Source of the DNA: Candidatus Omnitrophota bacterium
Lineage (GTDB): Bacteria; Omnitrophota; Omnitrophia; JAHJGZ01; JAFGJY01
Reading direction: 5' to 3'
Length of the DNA: 64,000 bases
NCBI GenBank assembly: GCA_016928875.1
Contig: JAFGJY010000019.1
Coordinates: forward strand, 1,996 to 65,995
Below are positions 47,251 through 56,333 of the stretch, in pieces; the stretch's first letter is position 1, and every line of letters begins with the position of its first letter. The position numbers and the translations under genes were made by a program. The notes under the pieces were generated by a model. That model was not told the DNA's origin. It made no database searches and was given only the letters and a program-made list of their open reading frames with translations.

Positions 47251-48213
47251 CTATCCCGACTGTACATGGGCATCCTTTGTAATGGTATTTATCCTCTCGG
47301 CAAGCTCCTTTGCCTCAGTAAAAAGCTGGTCTAACTGTGCCGTATCAGGCATGTGACGCGCGAATTTTACCAGGTCGCAATCCTGAAGGAACGTGATCAA
47401 ACGATTATGGACCTCGATCTCGACACCGACCTCGGCACACCGTGCGTTCAGTTCACTGGTCGTCAGGTCCATCGTCTCGAAGGTGAACGCCACACCGAGA
47501 TACCATCGGACGATATCGGATATCTTGTCCGTGAATTCCGATATCCGTCCTTCCGCGATAAGCCGGCTCTGCCGCAACTCGAAAAGTTTTTTCATCGTCC
47601 GCTCATACGGCGTAAGCAAAAGGTCTTTGTCAGCTGTAAGACGACGAATGATCGTACGGATGAGAAGAAATAACGCAAACCCAATGATAAGGACAACTGC
47701 GCCCCATCCCGCATATGAAATATACCGCAATAAAGTCTTTTTGGGGTCAACGATGTCCTTGATCGCGTGAATATCATCCGCTTCTTCTTTAATGACCGAG
47801 CCGACAGCAATAACAATGCTCTCTGATATCAAGGTCTCGACCGCCTCAGCTTCGGCAGAACGCTTGTATTGTATCGAAACAGGATGGATCACTAGTTCGC
47901 CCACAGAATACGGCACTACCACAAAGTCGCGCGTAATTATATGCTTCCCCTCGCCCTCAGGGTGACGGGCACTATCGTCGATATCTTTGATTGTGAATTC
48001 GGAGAGATGCGTAAGAGAAATATCGCTTACCACAACGATCGGATCATTATAGACCAGCTCAACGCGGTATTTGATCTTTGTACCGATCGTGGCAATAGTC
48101 TTGTCAGCTGAAACATTCAGCGCAATGCCATCAGCTGCACAAGCGATGTTCATACCCGCTACCATAATGAACAGCGCAGCTGAGCACAAGAACAATAAAG
48201 ATCGTTTACGCAT
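47251..48213 (-). CDS. BatD-like membrane protein (signal peptide, beta-rich ectodomain, single TM)
   Basis: Signal peptide, TM around aa 165-185; sits downstream of the MoxR-DUF58 pair as in Bat operons; paralog of 50782-51681. Confidence 0.45.
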   Translation of the reverse strand: MRKRSLLFLCSAALFIMVAGMNIACAADGIALNVSADKTIATIGTKIKYRVELVYNDPIVVVSDISLTHLSEFTIKDIDDSARHPEGEGKHIITRDFVVVPYSVGELVIHPVSIQYKRSAEAEAVETLISESIVIAVGSVIKEEADDIHAIKDIVDPKKTLLRYISYAGWGAVVLIIGFALFLLIRTIIRRLTADKDLLLTPYERTMKKLFELRQSRLIAEGRISEFTDKISDIVRWYLGVAFTFETMDLTTSELNARCAEVGVEIEVHNRLITFLQDCDLVKFARHMPDTAQLDQLFTEAKELAERINTITKDAHVQSG

Positions 48214-49087
48214 GTTTCCTCTGCTCTCGTTTCATGAAGAATTTCATGATCGGATCGACATACGGAAGCGTTACATCGATATTGATGGTATCGACGCCGT
48301 ATGAGGTCAATTTTTTAATGAGCTGCTTCATGTCCTCGGTGCGTTGCTTCTCGAACTGTTCCCGCAATTTCTTATTGGATGTGTTAACGCAACGCACTTC
48401 TCCTGTCTCCGGGTCCTCCAACTCTATGAGCCCGACATTCGGTAACGCTCTCTCGCGCGGATCATTGATGATCATCCCGATCGCATCATGGTAGCGCGCG
48501 AGGATCTTAAGCGGCTTATCATACCCTGCATCCATAAAATCCGAGATAATAAAAATAACCGCTCGCCGGGTGAGCACTTTATTGATGTATTCCAAGGCCT
48601 GCCCCAGATTAGTCCGCACCCCTTCCGGTTTGTTGTAAAGGATCTCGCGTACGACCCTGAGGACATGCTGGGTGCCCTTTTGCATGGGGATGTACTTCTC
48701 GACCTTGTCGGTGAACGTAAGCAGTCCGACCTTATCGTTGTTTTTCACTGCTGAAAATGCCAATAATGCGCTAATTTCCGCGGCTACCTCAGATTTTAAC
48801 TTATCCTGGGAACCGAAAAAATGTGATGATGAAATATCGACCAGAAAAACGACCGCCAGCTCTCGTTCCTCCATGAATTGTTTGACATGCGGGCTGCCGG
48901 TGCGGGCGGTCACGTTCCAATCGATTGTTCTGATGTCGTCACCATAGGTGTAACTGCGCACGTCCGCGAACTCGATCCCCTGTCCTTTAAAGACGGACTG
49001 GTACTCGCCGCCGAAGAACTCATTGACGAGTTTTGTCGTGCGGATCTCGATATTGCGTACTTGCTTAAGTATCTCTTTTGGGATCAT
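48206..49087 (-). CDS. DUF58 (vWA-like) domain protein
   Basis: FKGQGIEFADVRSYTYGDDIRTIDWNVTART and VFLVDISSS blocks classic for DUF58; overlaps the downstream gene by 8 nt. Confidence 0.8.
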   Translation of the reverse strand: MIPKEILKQVRNIEIRTTKLVNEFFGGEYQSVFKGQGIEFADVRSYTYGDDIRTIDWNVTARTGSPHVKQFMEERELAVVFLVDISSSHFFGSQDKLKSEVAAEISALLAFSAVKNNDKVGLLTFTDKVEKYIPMQKGTQHVLRVVREILYNKPEGVRTNLGQALEYINKVLTRRAVIFIISDFMDAGYDKPLKILARYHDAIGMIINDPRERALPNVGLIELEDPETGEVRCVNTSNKKLREQFEKQRTEDMKQLIKKLTSYGVDTINIDVTLPYVDPIMKFFMKREQRKHA

Positions 49088-49366
49088 CGTGTGTTCCTGG
49101 TGCGCGTACTGCGTATTGCGTCAAATCAAAACTATTTACTCCCCCACCCCGTCGTCATTGCGGGCATAAGGGTTAAAAAGTGTTGCTGCTTGATTTTGTA
49201 ATTAAATGATCGTTAAGGCGTTAGAACTAAAATTTAGGCTCATTATCAAAGTGTTTTAATAATGGGGCTTAAATCTGTTTCTAACTCACTGCATTCACGA
49301 CCACTAACATTTTTACTTAGCAACATTTTTTAACCAATATGCACATTGCGAGGAAATAAACTCTAT

Positions 49367-49458
49367 GTCGTCCCCGCGAAAGCGGGGACCTAGTCCTTTA
49401 GATCCGGGATAAGCCTCCCGCCACAAGACGAGGCGGGCAGGTCGGCTTTCCGGGACGA
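49367..49458. repeat. REP-like nested-hairpin repeat, family A
   Basis: gtcgtccccgcgaaagcggggacc...gggataagcctcccgccacaagacgaggcgggcaggtcggctttccgggacgac. Confidence 0.75.
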
Positions 49459-49578
49459 CCTTATAATATAAGCAGCACTGCTCGATATTGTACTGAGATC
49501 CTTCACCCGCCTCCTGCGGGTTCAGGATGCCGTGATTTCCTATGAGTTTCGTCGCTCTAAGCAACGCAACTCATGAAA

Positions 49579-50568
49579 TCACGGCACTTCGATCTGGTCT
49601 AGGATCTTCGTAATAATGTCCTCAGACGTCAACTCCTCTGCCTCCGCTTCATAGGAAACGATGATACGATGGCGCAAGACATCATAGGCGATCTGCTTTA
49701 TGTCGTCGGGTGTAACATATCCACGGCCGCGGATAAAGGCGTGTGCCTTAGCAGCTGTCGTGAGCGCCAATGTCGCACGCGGGGATGCCCCGTAATTGAT
49801 GAGCGGCGCAAGATCATCGAGTTTGAACTTTTGCGGCTCGCGGGTCGCGAACACGATATCGAGGATATATTCCTTGATCTTCACATCAACATAGATCTCG
49901 GTCGTGAGCGCGCGAAGCTTCAGAACGTCTTCCGGCTTTATCACCGCTTTTACCTCGGGCAAGGTCGCCTGGGTCATGGTATCAAGGATCACTTTTTCTT
50001 CTTTGCGGGTCGGATAGGTGATCTTGATCTTGAGCATGAAACGGTCGACCTGCGCTTCCGGCAGCGGATAAGTGCCTTCCTGTTCGATCGGGTTTTGGGT
50101 CGCAAGCACAAGAAATGGTTCTGTAAGCGGAAAGGTGGTCTCGCCGATCGTGATCTGCCGCTCCTGCATCGCCTCGAGCAGCGCACTTTGCACTTTGGAG
50201 GGCGCGCGGTTGATTTCGTCAGCGAGGATGATATTAGAAAAAAGCGGCCCTTTTTTAATAGTGAATTCGCCCTCCTTTTGATTGAAGATCAAGGTCCCGA
50301 GCAGATCCGCCGGTAAAAGATCGGGCGTGAACTGAATACGCTGGAATTTAGTGCTGATCGTGCGCGATAAGGTCTTGACCGCGAGGGTCTTGGCCAAGCC
50401 CGGCACGCCCTCGATCAGGATATGGCCGTTGGCAAGCATCCCGATCATCATCCGCTCGAGCAAATATTTCTGTCCGACCAGGATCTTCGAGATCTCATTG
50501 AAGACCTCATCAATCTTATGATAGTGCTCCTTTATTTTATCGTTGATTATCCTGATCTCATTGTCCAT
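49579..50568 (-). CDS. moxR: MoxR-family AAA+ ATPase
   Basis: Walker A EGVPGLAKT, Walker B ILADEINRA, sensor motifs; 329 aa. Confidence 0.85.
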   Translation of the reverse strand: MDNEIRIINDKIKEHYHKIDEVFNEISKILVGQKYLLERMMIGMLANGHILIEGVPGLAKTLAVKTLSRTISTKFQRIQFTPDLLPADLLGTLIFNQKEGEFTIKKGPLFSNIILADEINRAPSKVQSALLEAMQERQITIGETTFPLTEPFLVLATQNPIEQEGTYPLPEAQVDRFMLKIKITYPTRKEEKVILDTMTQATLPEVKAVIKPEDVLKLRALTTEIYVDVKIKEYILDIVFATREPQKFKLDDLAPLINYGASPRATLALTTAAKAHAFIRGRGYVTPDDIKQIAYDVLRHRIIVSYEAEAEELTSEDIITKILDQIEVP

Positions 50569-50600
50569 GCCGCTCCTCCTTTATGATATAAGCTGCCGTC

Positions 50601-50737
50601 TCCCCTTTTAAGGCCGAGTAGGTCCGCCGTTTTTATTGGCGGAGGAGTGGCCGAAGGCCGAGGGGTTTTGCGTACAATGTACGTGACCTTAAAACCCCCC
50701 TGCGACTCCGTCGCTTCCCCCCTTGCAAGGGGGGACG
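50601..50737. repeat. multi-hairpin intergenic repeat, family B
   Basis: ...ggggttttgcgtacaatgtacgtgaccttaaaacccccctgcgactccgtcgcttccccccttgcaaggggggac; a homologous copy lies at 58083-58230; it also contains the ccgagtaggtccgccgtttttattggcggagg hairpin. Confidence 0.7.
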
Positions 50738-50781
50738 TTAATATTTTTTTATTGCGAATAGGTTTCATACACCAGTGTCTA

Positions 50782-51681
50782 TCAATGTTCACAAACCGCT
50801 TTAAAATCATCGAGCAAGCCGCGTACTTCATGGCGCTCGAACGTAATGCCGGAATAACGCGCTTCTTCGGCACGCTTGAAGATCTTCGTAAGCGTTGCGC
50901 GATGTTTTTCACTTATTTGCCGGAATGCATCATCCGCACCGAGCGTCTCTGCGGGGAGCGATGGCATTCCCGCGATCCCCAGTATTTCAAATAAATACAA
51001 TTGCGCCAGTTTCTCAAGCCGTTCTACAACGGTATTGTACTCCCCCTTATCGAAGATTGCTTGCACCTCTTTAAGTGAATGTGCCAGTTCTTCACGCGGG
51101 TTGCGTTGCTCGCTCCCCGCACGGCGTTTTCTGAGCATATGTACGATCAGGAACCCAAGGATGAGGAGAACAACTGCACCGGCCATGAAGAGTATCGTTC
51201 TCTGCCGTAATAATGGGACACGCTCTGCCATGATGGTCATCGACATCGCGGGCAACGTGATAAAACGCGGGCTTACCTCCCCTTCAACGCTATAATTTAT
51301 CGTGAGCGCCTCGACCATGCCCGTACCAGCTTCGTGAGCGGCAAGGTCATAATCATAGGTACGCACCTTGTAACGTACGCCGTCATCTTCGATCGTTTGC
51401 GTCGCTGTGGCAACATTGACCACCTGCAGCTTGGCAGGATCAATGTGCGGCGGTGTAATACGATACCGTGTTCCGTCATCCACCCAGCGAAACGTTATCG
51501 TGAACGTAAGACGCTCACCCGCAGTTACCTCACTGCGGTCAAAATGCGCTTCTGCTTCGACATTAGGTTCGCGAGTGATGATCCCCGGGCTGATATCAGG
51601 TGTCGCATCCTGCGCGGCGATAGATCGGCCAATCATGCAACATATTATTATATATATAGTTATGAATACAATCCGCTTCAT
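50782..51681 (-). CDS. BatD-like membrane protein (paralog)
   Basis: Signal peptide MKRIVFITIYIIICCMIGRSIAA, TM near aa 160-185; same architecture as 47251-48213. Confidence 0.45.
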   Translation of the reverse strand: MKRIVFITIYIIICCMIGRSIAAQDATPDISPGIITREPNVEAEAHFDRSEVTAGERLTFTITFRWVDDGTRYRITPPHIDPAKLQVVNVATATQTIEDDGVRYKVRTYDYDLAAHEAGTGMVEALTINYSVEGEVSPRFITLPAMSMTIMAERVPLLRQRTILFMAGAVVLLILGFLIVHMLRKRRAGSEQRNPREELAHSLKEVQAIFDKGEYNTVVERLEKLAQLYLFEILGIAGMPSLPAETLGADDAFRQISEKHRATLTKIFKRAEEARYSGITFERHEVRGLLDDFKAVCEH

Positions 51682-51700
51682 ATTGGTACCGATGACCGAT

Positions 51701-51758
51701 GGGGACAGCGCCCAGTGTTTAAAAAAGCTTTTTTAAACACTGGGCGCTGTCCCCTTTT
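51701..51758. terminator. perfect 54-bp palindromic hairpin (bidirectional terminator-like)
   Basis: ggggacagcgcccagtgtttaaaaaagcttttttaaacactgggcgctgtcccc followed by tttt; sits between convergent/tandem gene ends. Confidence 0.6.
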
Positions 51759-51765
51759 GAACATA

Positions 51766-52137
51766 TTATTTTTTCATGGCCAGATCGACCATGGCCAGCA
51801 GTTCGTTATTATCGAATGGTTTTGCAAGCAAATACTGTCCTGCCATCTTGTGGCCGGTCAGCTTCGCTTCTTCGTCATTAACAACGCCGGTAAGAAAAAT
51901 GATCGGAATATTTTTGGTCGCTGCATCGCCTTCAAGCACCGAGGCCATTTTACCGCCGCTTACGCCCGGCATCATCAAATCTGAAATGATCAGGTCCGGT
52001 TTTTCGCTCTTTACTTTCTCGGCGCCCTCTTTACCGTCAGCAGCGAGTATCACCTGATAACCACTCGACGTGAGCACATCATTAAGTGCATCCCGGATCG
52101 CTTCTTCATCATCGACAACCACTATTTTCTTCGCCAT
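51766..52137 (-). CDS. single-domain response regulator (CheY-like receiver)
   Basis: VVDDEEAIR...DLIISDLMMPGVSG...K receiver motifs. Confidence 0.8.
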   Translation of the reverse strand: MAKKIVVVDDEEAIRDALNDVLTSSGYQVILAADGKEGAEKVKSEKPDLIISDLMMPGVSGGKMASVLEGDAATKNIPIIFLTGVVNDEEAKLTGHKMAGQYLLAKPFDNNELLAMVDLAMKK

Positions 52138-52229
52138 GCTCTCCTCCTTTGTTCTCTCATGTTCGTTCTATGGTTCCCAACAATAACATCTTCACCTCTG
52201 GTGTCAGGCACGGTGCCTGAGACCGATCG

Positions 52230-52964
52230 TTATTTCCCGCGTGAGAGGCGCTCGGATAAGATCCGCGGCAAGCCGGCTTTCATGATCTTTGACTGCGCCT
52301 TCGCAACGTCATACTCGACCCGGCGGATCTCTATCACACGCTTAGCCGTGTCAAAAACAGCATATGAGGCGCGCGCATCACCATCACGCGGTTGACCGAC
52401 GCTCCCGACATTAACGATGTATTTGTTCGAATGACGCAGTTCAAGCCGCTCGGTCTTAAAACAATCCACCATCTCATCCGCAGCAAAAACAAGCGGCTGA
52501 TGAGAATGCCCGATAAAACACACCTGCCGCTCGAGCAATTTCACATTCTCATCTGCATCGTCGATATCAAAGATATATCCCCACTCGGCCGGTGCCTTAA
52601 GAGTTGAGTGAACGATACTGCAATCATCACAATGCTTGACAAGCTCGAGGCGTTCCAAATACGCCAGATCATCGCCGCCGAGCTGATCGCGCGTCCACTC
52701 GGCTGCGATCCGTGCGTGAATATTGAACTGCTCGATCGATGTCATCCCGCACGCCGCACGATCATGGTTCCCGGCAATGCACATGCACGGGTGCTCCTTG
52801 CACAAGCGTTCCAATACCGCAATACACGCTGCAGGATCGGCGCCATAGCCGACCACATCGCCCAGGAACAGGTATGTATCGATCTTTTCGCTCGATAATG
52901 CCTCAAGTACTGCCTGGAATGCCTCGAGGTTCGCATGTATATCAGAAAAAATACCGTATCTCAT
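52230..52964 (-). CDS. metallophosphoesterase (YfcE/MJ0936-like)
   Basis: GIFSDIHAN, GDVVGYG, GNHD motifs. Confidence 0.8.
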   Translation of the reverse strand: MRYGIFSDIHANLEAFQAVLEALSSEKIDTYLFLGDVVGYGADPAACIAVLERLCKEHPCMCIAGNHDRAACGMTSIEQFNIHARIAAEWTRDQLGGDDLAYLERLELVKHCDDCSIVHSTLKAPAEWGYIFDIDDADENVKLLERQVCFIGHSHQPLVFAADEMVDCFKTERLELRHSNKYIVNVGSVGQPRDGDARASYAVFDTAKRVIEIRRVEYDVAKAQSKIMKAGLPRILSERLSRGK

Positions 52965-53458
52965 TCCGTCTGGCTTCTGGTTCTCGTATCAGGATACAAC
53001 TTCAAGAGAAATCGTTCCGCGCCGTGGACAACGGTCACTCTATTCGGCGTTATGCTCTCAACCCTGCAGCCCATGATCTCGTCGCCTACCCGCAGCATCT
53101 GATCGTTGATGATCGCATTCGGCACGCCCTGCTCAAAGAACACCCCCATAAGATCGAGCTTGGAGATATCAAATTGCGGGGCCGCTTCCGCTTTCTTGAT
53201 CGGCTCGAACGGACTTATCATTTCTTCGTACTGCGGAACTCCGGCATTGTGCTTAAGTTGTGTCTTTAATTTGCCAAGATCAGGCAGTGGTGCACCGTCT
53301 GTTTTCTGTGGCACCATTACCGCCGACTGATTCGCTTGGCCAACATGCGGTGCCGTTACCGGAAGCGTCTTTTTACCATCCTTTGAAAGCGTCATAACGA
53401 GCCATACCACGATCACGATGACCATGCAGATACCTATATTTCTCTCACGTTTTGTCAT
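52961..53458 (-). CDS. PilP-like pilus assembly lipoprotein/inner-membrane protein
   Basis: N-terminal TM; C-terminal LRVGDEIMGCRVESITPNRVTVV beta-domain block; follows pilMNO. Confidence 0.45.
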   Translation of the reverse strand: MTKRERNIGICMVIVIVVWLVMTLSKDGKKTLPVTAPHVGQANQSAVMVPQKTDGAPLPDLGKLKTQLKHNAGVPQYEEMISPFEPIKKAEAAPQFDISKLDLMGVFFEQGVPNAIINDQMLRVGDEIMGCRVESITPNRVTVVHGAERFLLKLYPDTRTRSQTE

Positions 53459-54048
53459 TGCCCCGTCCCCCTGCCCGCCGCGTCCGCTTCAACGGTCTGG
53501 GCCTTGAACAAGGTATACACCGTCAACTGAACATCCAATAACGTGCCTCCGGCATTGATCGTGAGCCCTTCAACGCCTGCTATGCTCGGAGAAGCCTCGA
53601 TCGCGTCGAGAAATTTAAAAAGGCTCGCATACTGTGTCTTGAAATTCATGCTCATCGGCAACACCTCGTGGTCGCCTTGCGCGCGTTCAGCCATCGGTCG
53701 TACGGTTGAAAGCTCGACTCTGTAATTGTCCGCTATCTTGATTATTTCCTGGGTCAGGAGCGCCACGTTCTTCTCCTGGATGACCTTGGTGCTCATCGCG
53801 CTGACAGCAGACTGAAAAACGACCATACTTTCGGCGATCTCTGCCATTTCCTCCTCAAGATCGGCCTGGATGCGTTTAAGCTGCTCGCGGTCGATTGAAT
53901 TGACCGCGGCTTTTTCCGCCGTGATCTCGTCCTTGAGCGCGCTCATCGCCGCCATGTGCACGCGCACATCGATCGCGATCGTCGTAATGACCACGATCAT
54001 GATCGCGAACCATTGCCAGCGTAATAATCGTCTAAGATAAATGTCCAT
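53455..54048 (-). CDS. pilO: PilO-like type IV pilus assembly protein
   Basis: 197 aa, N-terminal TM plus coiled coil; in pilM-N-O order. Confidence 0.55.
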   Translation of the reverse strand: MDIYLRRLLRWQWFAIMIVVITTIAIDVRVHMAAMSALKDEITAEKAAVNSIDREQLKRIQADLEEEMAEIAESMVVFQSAVSAMSTKVIQEKNVALLTQEIIKIADNYRVELSTVRPMAERAQGDHEVLPMSMNFKTQYASLFKFLDAIEASPSIAGVEGLTINAGGTLLDVQLTVYTLFKAQTVEADAAGRGTGQ

Positions 54049-54085
54049 GCATCCCTTCCAGTCATCATTGAATATAAAATATCAT

Positions 54086-54143
54086 GTCGTCCCGGCCGTA
54101 GAGCCGGGACCCCGGTTCCTAGATCCCCGCTTCCGCGGGGACG
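54086..54143. repeat. REP-like nested-hairpin repeat, family A variant
   Basis: gtcgtcccggccgtagagccgggaccccggttcctagatccccgcttccgcggggacgac. Confidence 0.7.
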
Positions 54144-54231
54144 ACACCGAAGAACTTCCGGAACGACATCTTTTCTTCAATATTCCTTCTGCTCACCACC
54201 TGCGAGGTCGGGAATACTGTGTTCTTTCCTA

Positions 54232-54777
54232 CTATTCAAACGTGCAGGTCAAACTGAACGTGATCGTTGTCCCATCCGCTGCGGTATTCGACTGCATCGA
54301 CGTCAGGTCGACCGTATTAAAATACGGTATTTTTTTGATCTCGAGCAAGAACTCGCTCACCAGCTGGGCATCATACGCCTTGCCTTTCATCTCCAGCGTC
54401 TTTTTTTGGCTGCTCACCGTAACGCTGTTAAGCCACACCTTATTGCGCGCGCTATCGCCGATCAATTTCATCATCGCTTTGTAATGCACACGTTGCGCAG
54501 CGATCTCAAGCAGTGCTTGGTTTTCAGAGACGAAGGCATTTCTCTCATTGCGCAGTAATGTCACTTCACTGCGCACTTTATCAAGTTCTGGCATAGCACG
54601 CGAGAGCTTGATCGCGGTCAGTTCATTCTTAAGTCCCTTGACACCGTCCGCGAGCCATATGTGAACCGGCACAATGCACACGATCACAATGACTGCGCTG
54701 ACGATCATCGTCTTCTTGAGCGCTGCCATGCGCATCTGGTGCTGGTATGCTTCCGGTAAAAGGTTTATTTGTCGCAT
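54232..54777 (-). CDS. pilN: PilN-like type IV pilus assembly protein
   Basis: MRQINLLPE N-terminal motif plus a TM. Confidence 0.65.
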   Translation of the reverse strand: MRQINLLPEAYQHQMRMAALKKTMIVSAVIVIVCIVPVHIWLADGVKGLKNELTAIKLSRAMPELDKVRSEVTLLRNERNAFVSENQALLEIAAQRVHYKAMMKLIGDSARNKVWLNSVTVSSQKKTLEMKGKAYDAQLVSEFLLEIKKIPYFNTVDLTSMQSNTAADGTTITFSLTCTFE

Positions 54778-54860
54778 CTCATCCTTTTGTTATCTTATGT
54801 GTCTATATCTCTCGTCGTCATTGCAGTGAGTCCCAAGTACCCTGTAGCCCTAAACACCAT

Positions 54861-54932
54861 GTCATCCCCGCGAAAGCGGGGATCCAGTTCATGTGTCCAG
54901 ATCCCGGATAAGCCTTCGGCTTTCCGGGACGA
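54861..54932. repeat. REP-like nested-hairpin repeat, family A
   Basis: gtcatccccgcgaaagcggggatccagttcatgtgtccagatcccggataagccttcggctttccgggacgac. Confidence 0.75.
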
Positions 54933-54992
54933 CCTTAAAACCATCAGTAGCGACACGACCCGTACCCACCTGCATAGGTTTGGCGTTAATTT

Positions 54993-56144
54993 TTACAACA
55001 ATGCTGCGCCAAAGGCAGCTGCCACGGTCGGCGCCATCGTATGCATTGCTTCCCGATCGCGCTTTTTCATCTTGACCGAATGGTCTTTAAAAATATCGCC
55101 TCGTTCTACAATTACGCCCAATTTCTCAGCTAAAAACGAATCGATCCCGTTCATCAGAGAACCACCGCCGAAAAGATATGCCTTCTCGATCCGCTCGACC
55201 AGTATCTCTGCTTCACAATACGCGAACGAACGGTTTATTTCAGCTGCAAGCTGAGTTAACGCAGTCTCAATATGGGTTATGAGCGCGCTCTCGCCGTAGT
55301 TCGATCCTGCCCCGCTCGGCCTGAGCGGTTGTTCTTTCTTGATCTGCTCTGCCTCCAGAAAACCGATCTTAAGCCCGTCCTTTATCGCAGAGGTAAAGGT
55401 ATTGCCGGCAATATCGATCGAACGCAGGAACAGCAATTTTCCGTCCTTGACGACCGCCATCACCGTCCGTGAGGCCCCCATATCGATGAGTGCGACCATC
55501 TTGTCCTTCTCGACCGTATGGGTCTTTAAGAACGCTTTGATAAGCGCAAAGGCCGTAATATCCACTTTGGTCGGGACCATCTTAAGCTCGCGCAAAAGCG
55601 CGATATATTTGTTGATCGCATCATTGTGCGCAACGACAAGCACCACATCCTTATTCTCCGCCCCGTGTCCTACGGGCCCGCCCAGGTCCTGGAAATCGAC
55701 CACTGCTTGCTCGAGCGGAAAACTGATGAACTTCTCTGCCCGCCACCTGATGGCCTTTAAAAGTTCAAGCTCTGAAAGGCACGGAACGTTGATCTGTTGC
55801 GATATCACCGCGGTGTCCGATATCGTAAGCGCAATACGTTTGTCCTTGATCTTGCATTCCTTGATCAAGGTCTTGAGTTCTTTCTCGATAAGCACGGTAT
55901 CCTGCCACGAATTCCCGCTGTCAAGCGACGGTGCCAGTTCTTTATATCCGACCTTTATCACGCTCACGGAATTCGGCATCTCCTTAAGCGCGGCAATTTT
56001 GACCGAATGTGAGCCGATATCGATCCCGATCTGTGCGGCTTCTTTGTACATCGGCCTGAGCGGATTGCACACATCGAGATACGATGCGATCTTGGTCGCT
56101 TCAAGTACCTCGTTCACCTTGTTCCACTGTTCGCGTATGTCCAT
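54993..56144 (-). CDS. pilM: PilM type IV pilus assembly ATPase-fold protein
   Basis: IGIDIGSHSVKIAAL actin-like N-terminus; 383 aa. Confidence 0.8.
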   Translation of the reverse strand: MDIREQWNKVNEVLEATKIASYLDVCNPLRPMYKEAAQIGIDIGSHSVKIAALKEMPNSVSVIKVGYKELAPSLDSGNSWQDTVLIEKELKTLIKECKIKDKRIALTISDTAVISQQINVPCLSELELLKAIRWRAEKFISFPLEQAVVDFQDLGGPVGHGAENKDVVLVVAHNDAINKYIALLRELKMVPTKVDITAFALIKAFLKTHTVEKDKMVALIDMGASRTVMAVVKDGKLLFLRSIDIAGNTFTSAIKDGLKIGFLEAEQIKKEQPLRPSGAGSNYGESALITHIETALTQLAAEINRSFAYCEAEILVERIEKAYLFGGGSLMNGIDSFLAEKLGVIVERGDIFKDHSVKMKKRDREAMHTMAPTVAAAFGAALL

Positions 56145-56187
56145 GTGGTATTAGCCTCTGTTTGCATTAAATCAAAACTCAAAACAT

Positions 56188-56290
56188 GTCGTCCCCGCGC
56201 CTGTCCTCGCATCTTCGTTTTCGAAGAAAACGGCAGAGGAAAAGCGGGGACCTAGATCCCGGCTCTGCGCTTCGCTTCGACCGGGACGAC
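56188..56290. repeat. REP-like nested-hairpin repeat, family A (long-loop variant)
   Basis: gtcgtccccgcgcctgtcctcgcatcttcgttttcgaagaaaacggcagaggaaaagcggggacc...cccggctctgcgcttcgcttcgaccgggacgac. Confidence 0.7.
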
Positions 56291-56333
56291 AGCAAGAAAA
56301 TATTATCAAAATAACGGTGAGTAATTATCTAAC

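Noticed and set aside
49669-50316. 215-aa plus-strand ORF inside moxR
   Set aside because: It is antisense to a MoxR ATPase with complete Walker A/B and sensor motifs. It is a typical shadow ORF in a GC-richer gene.
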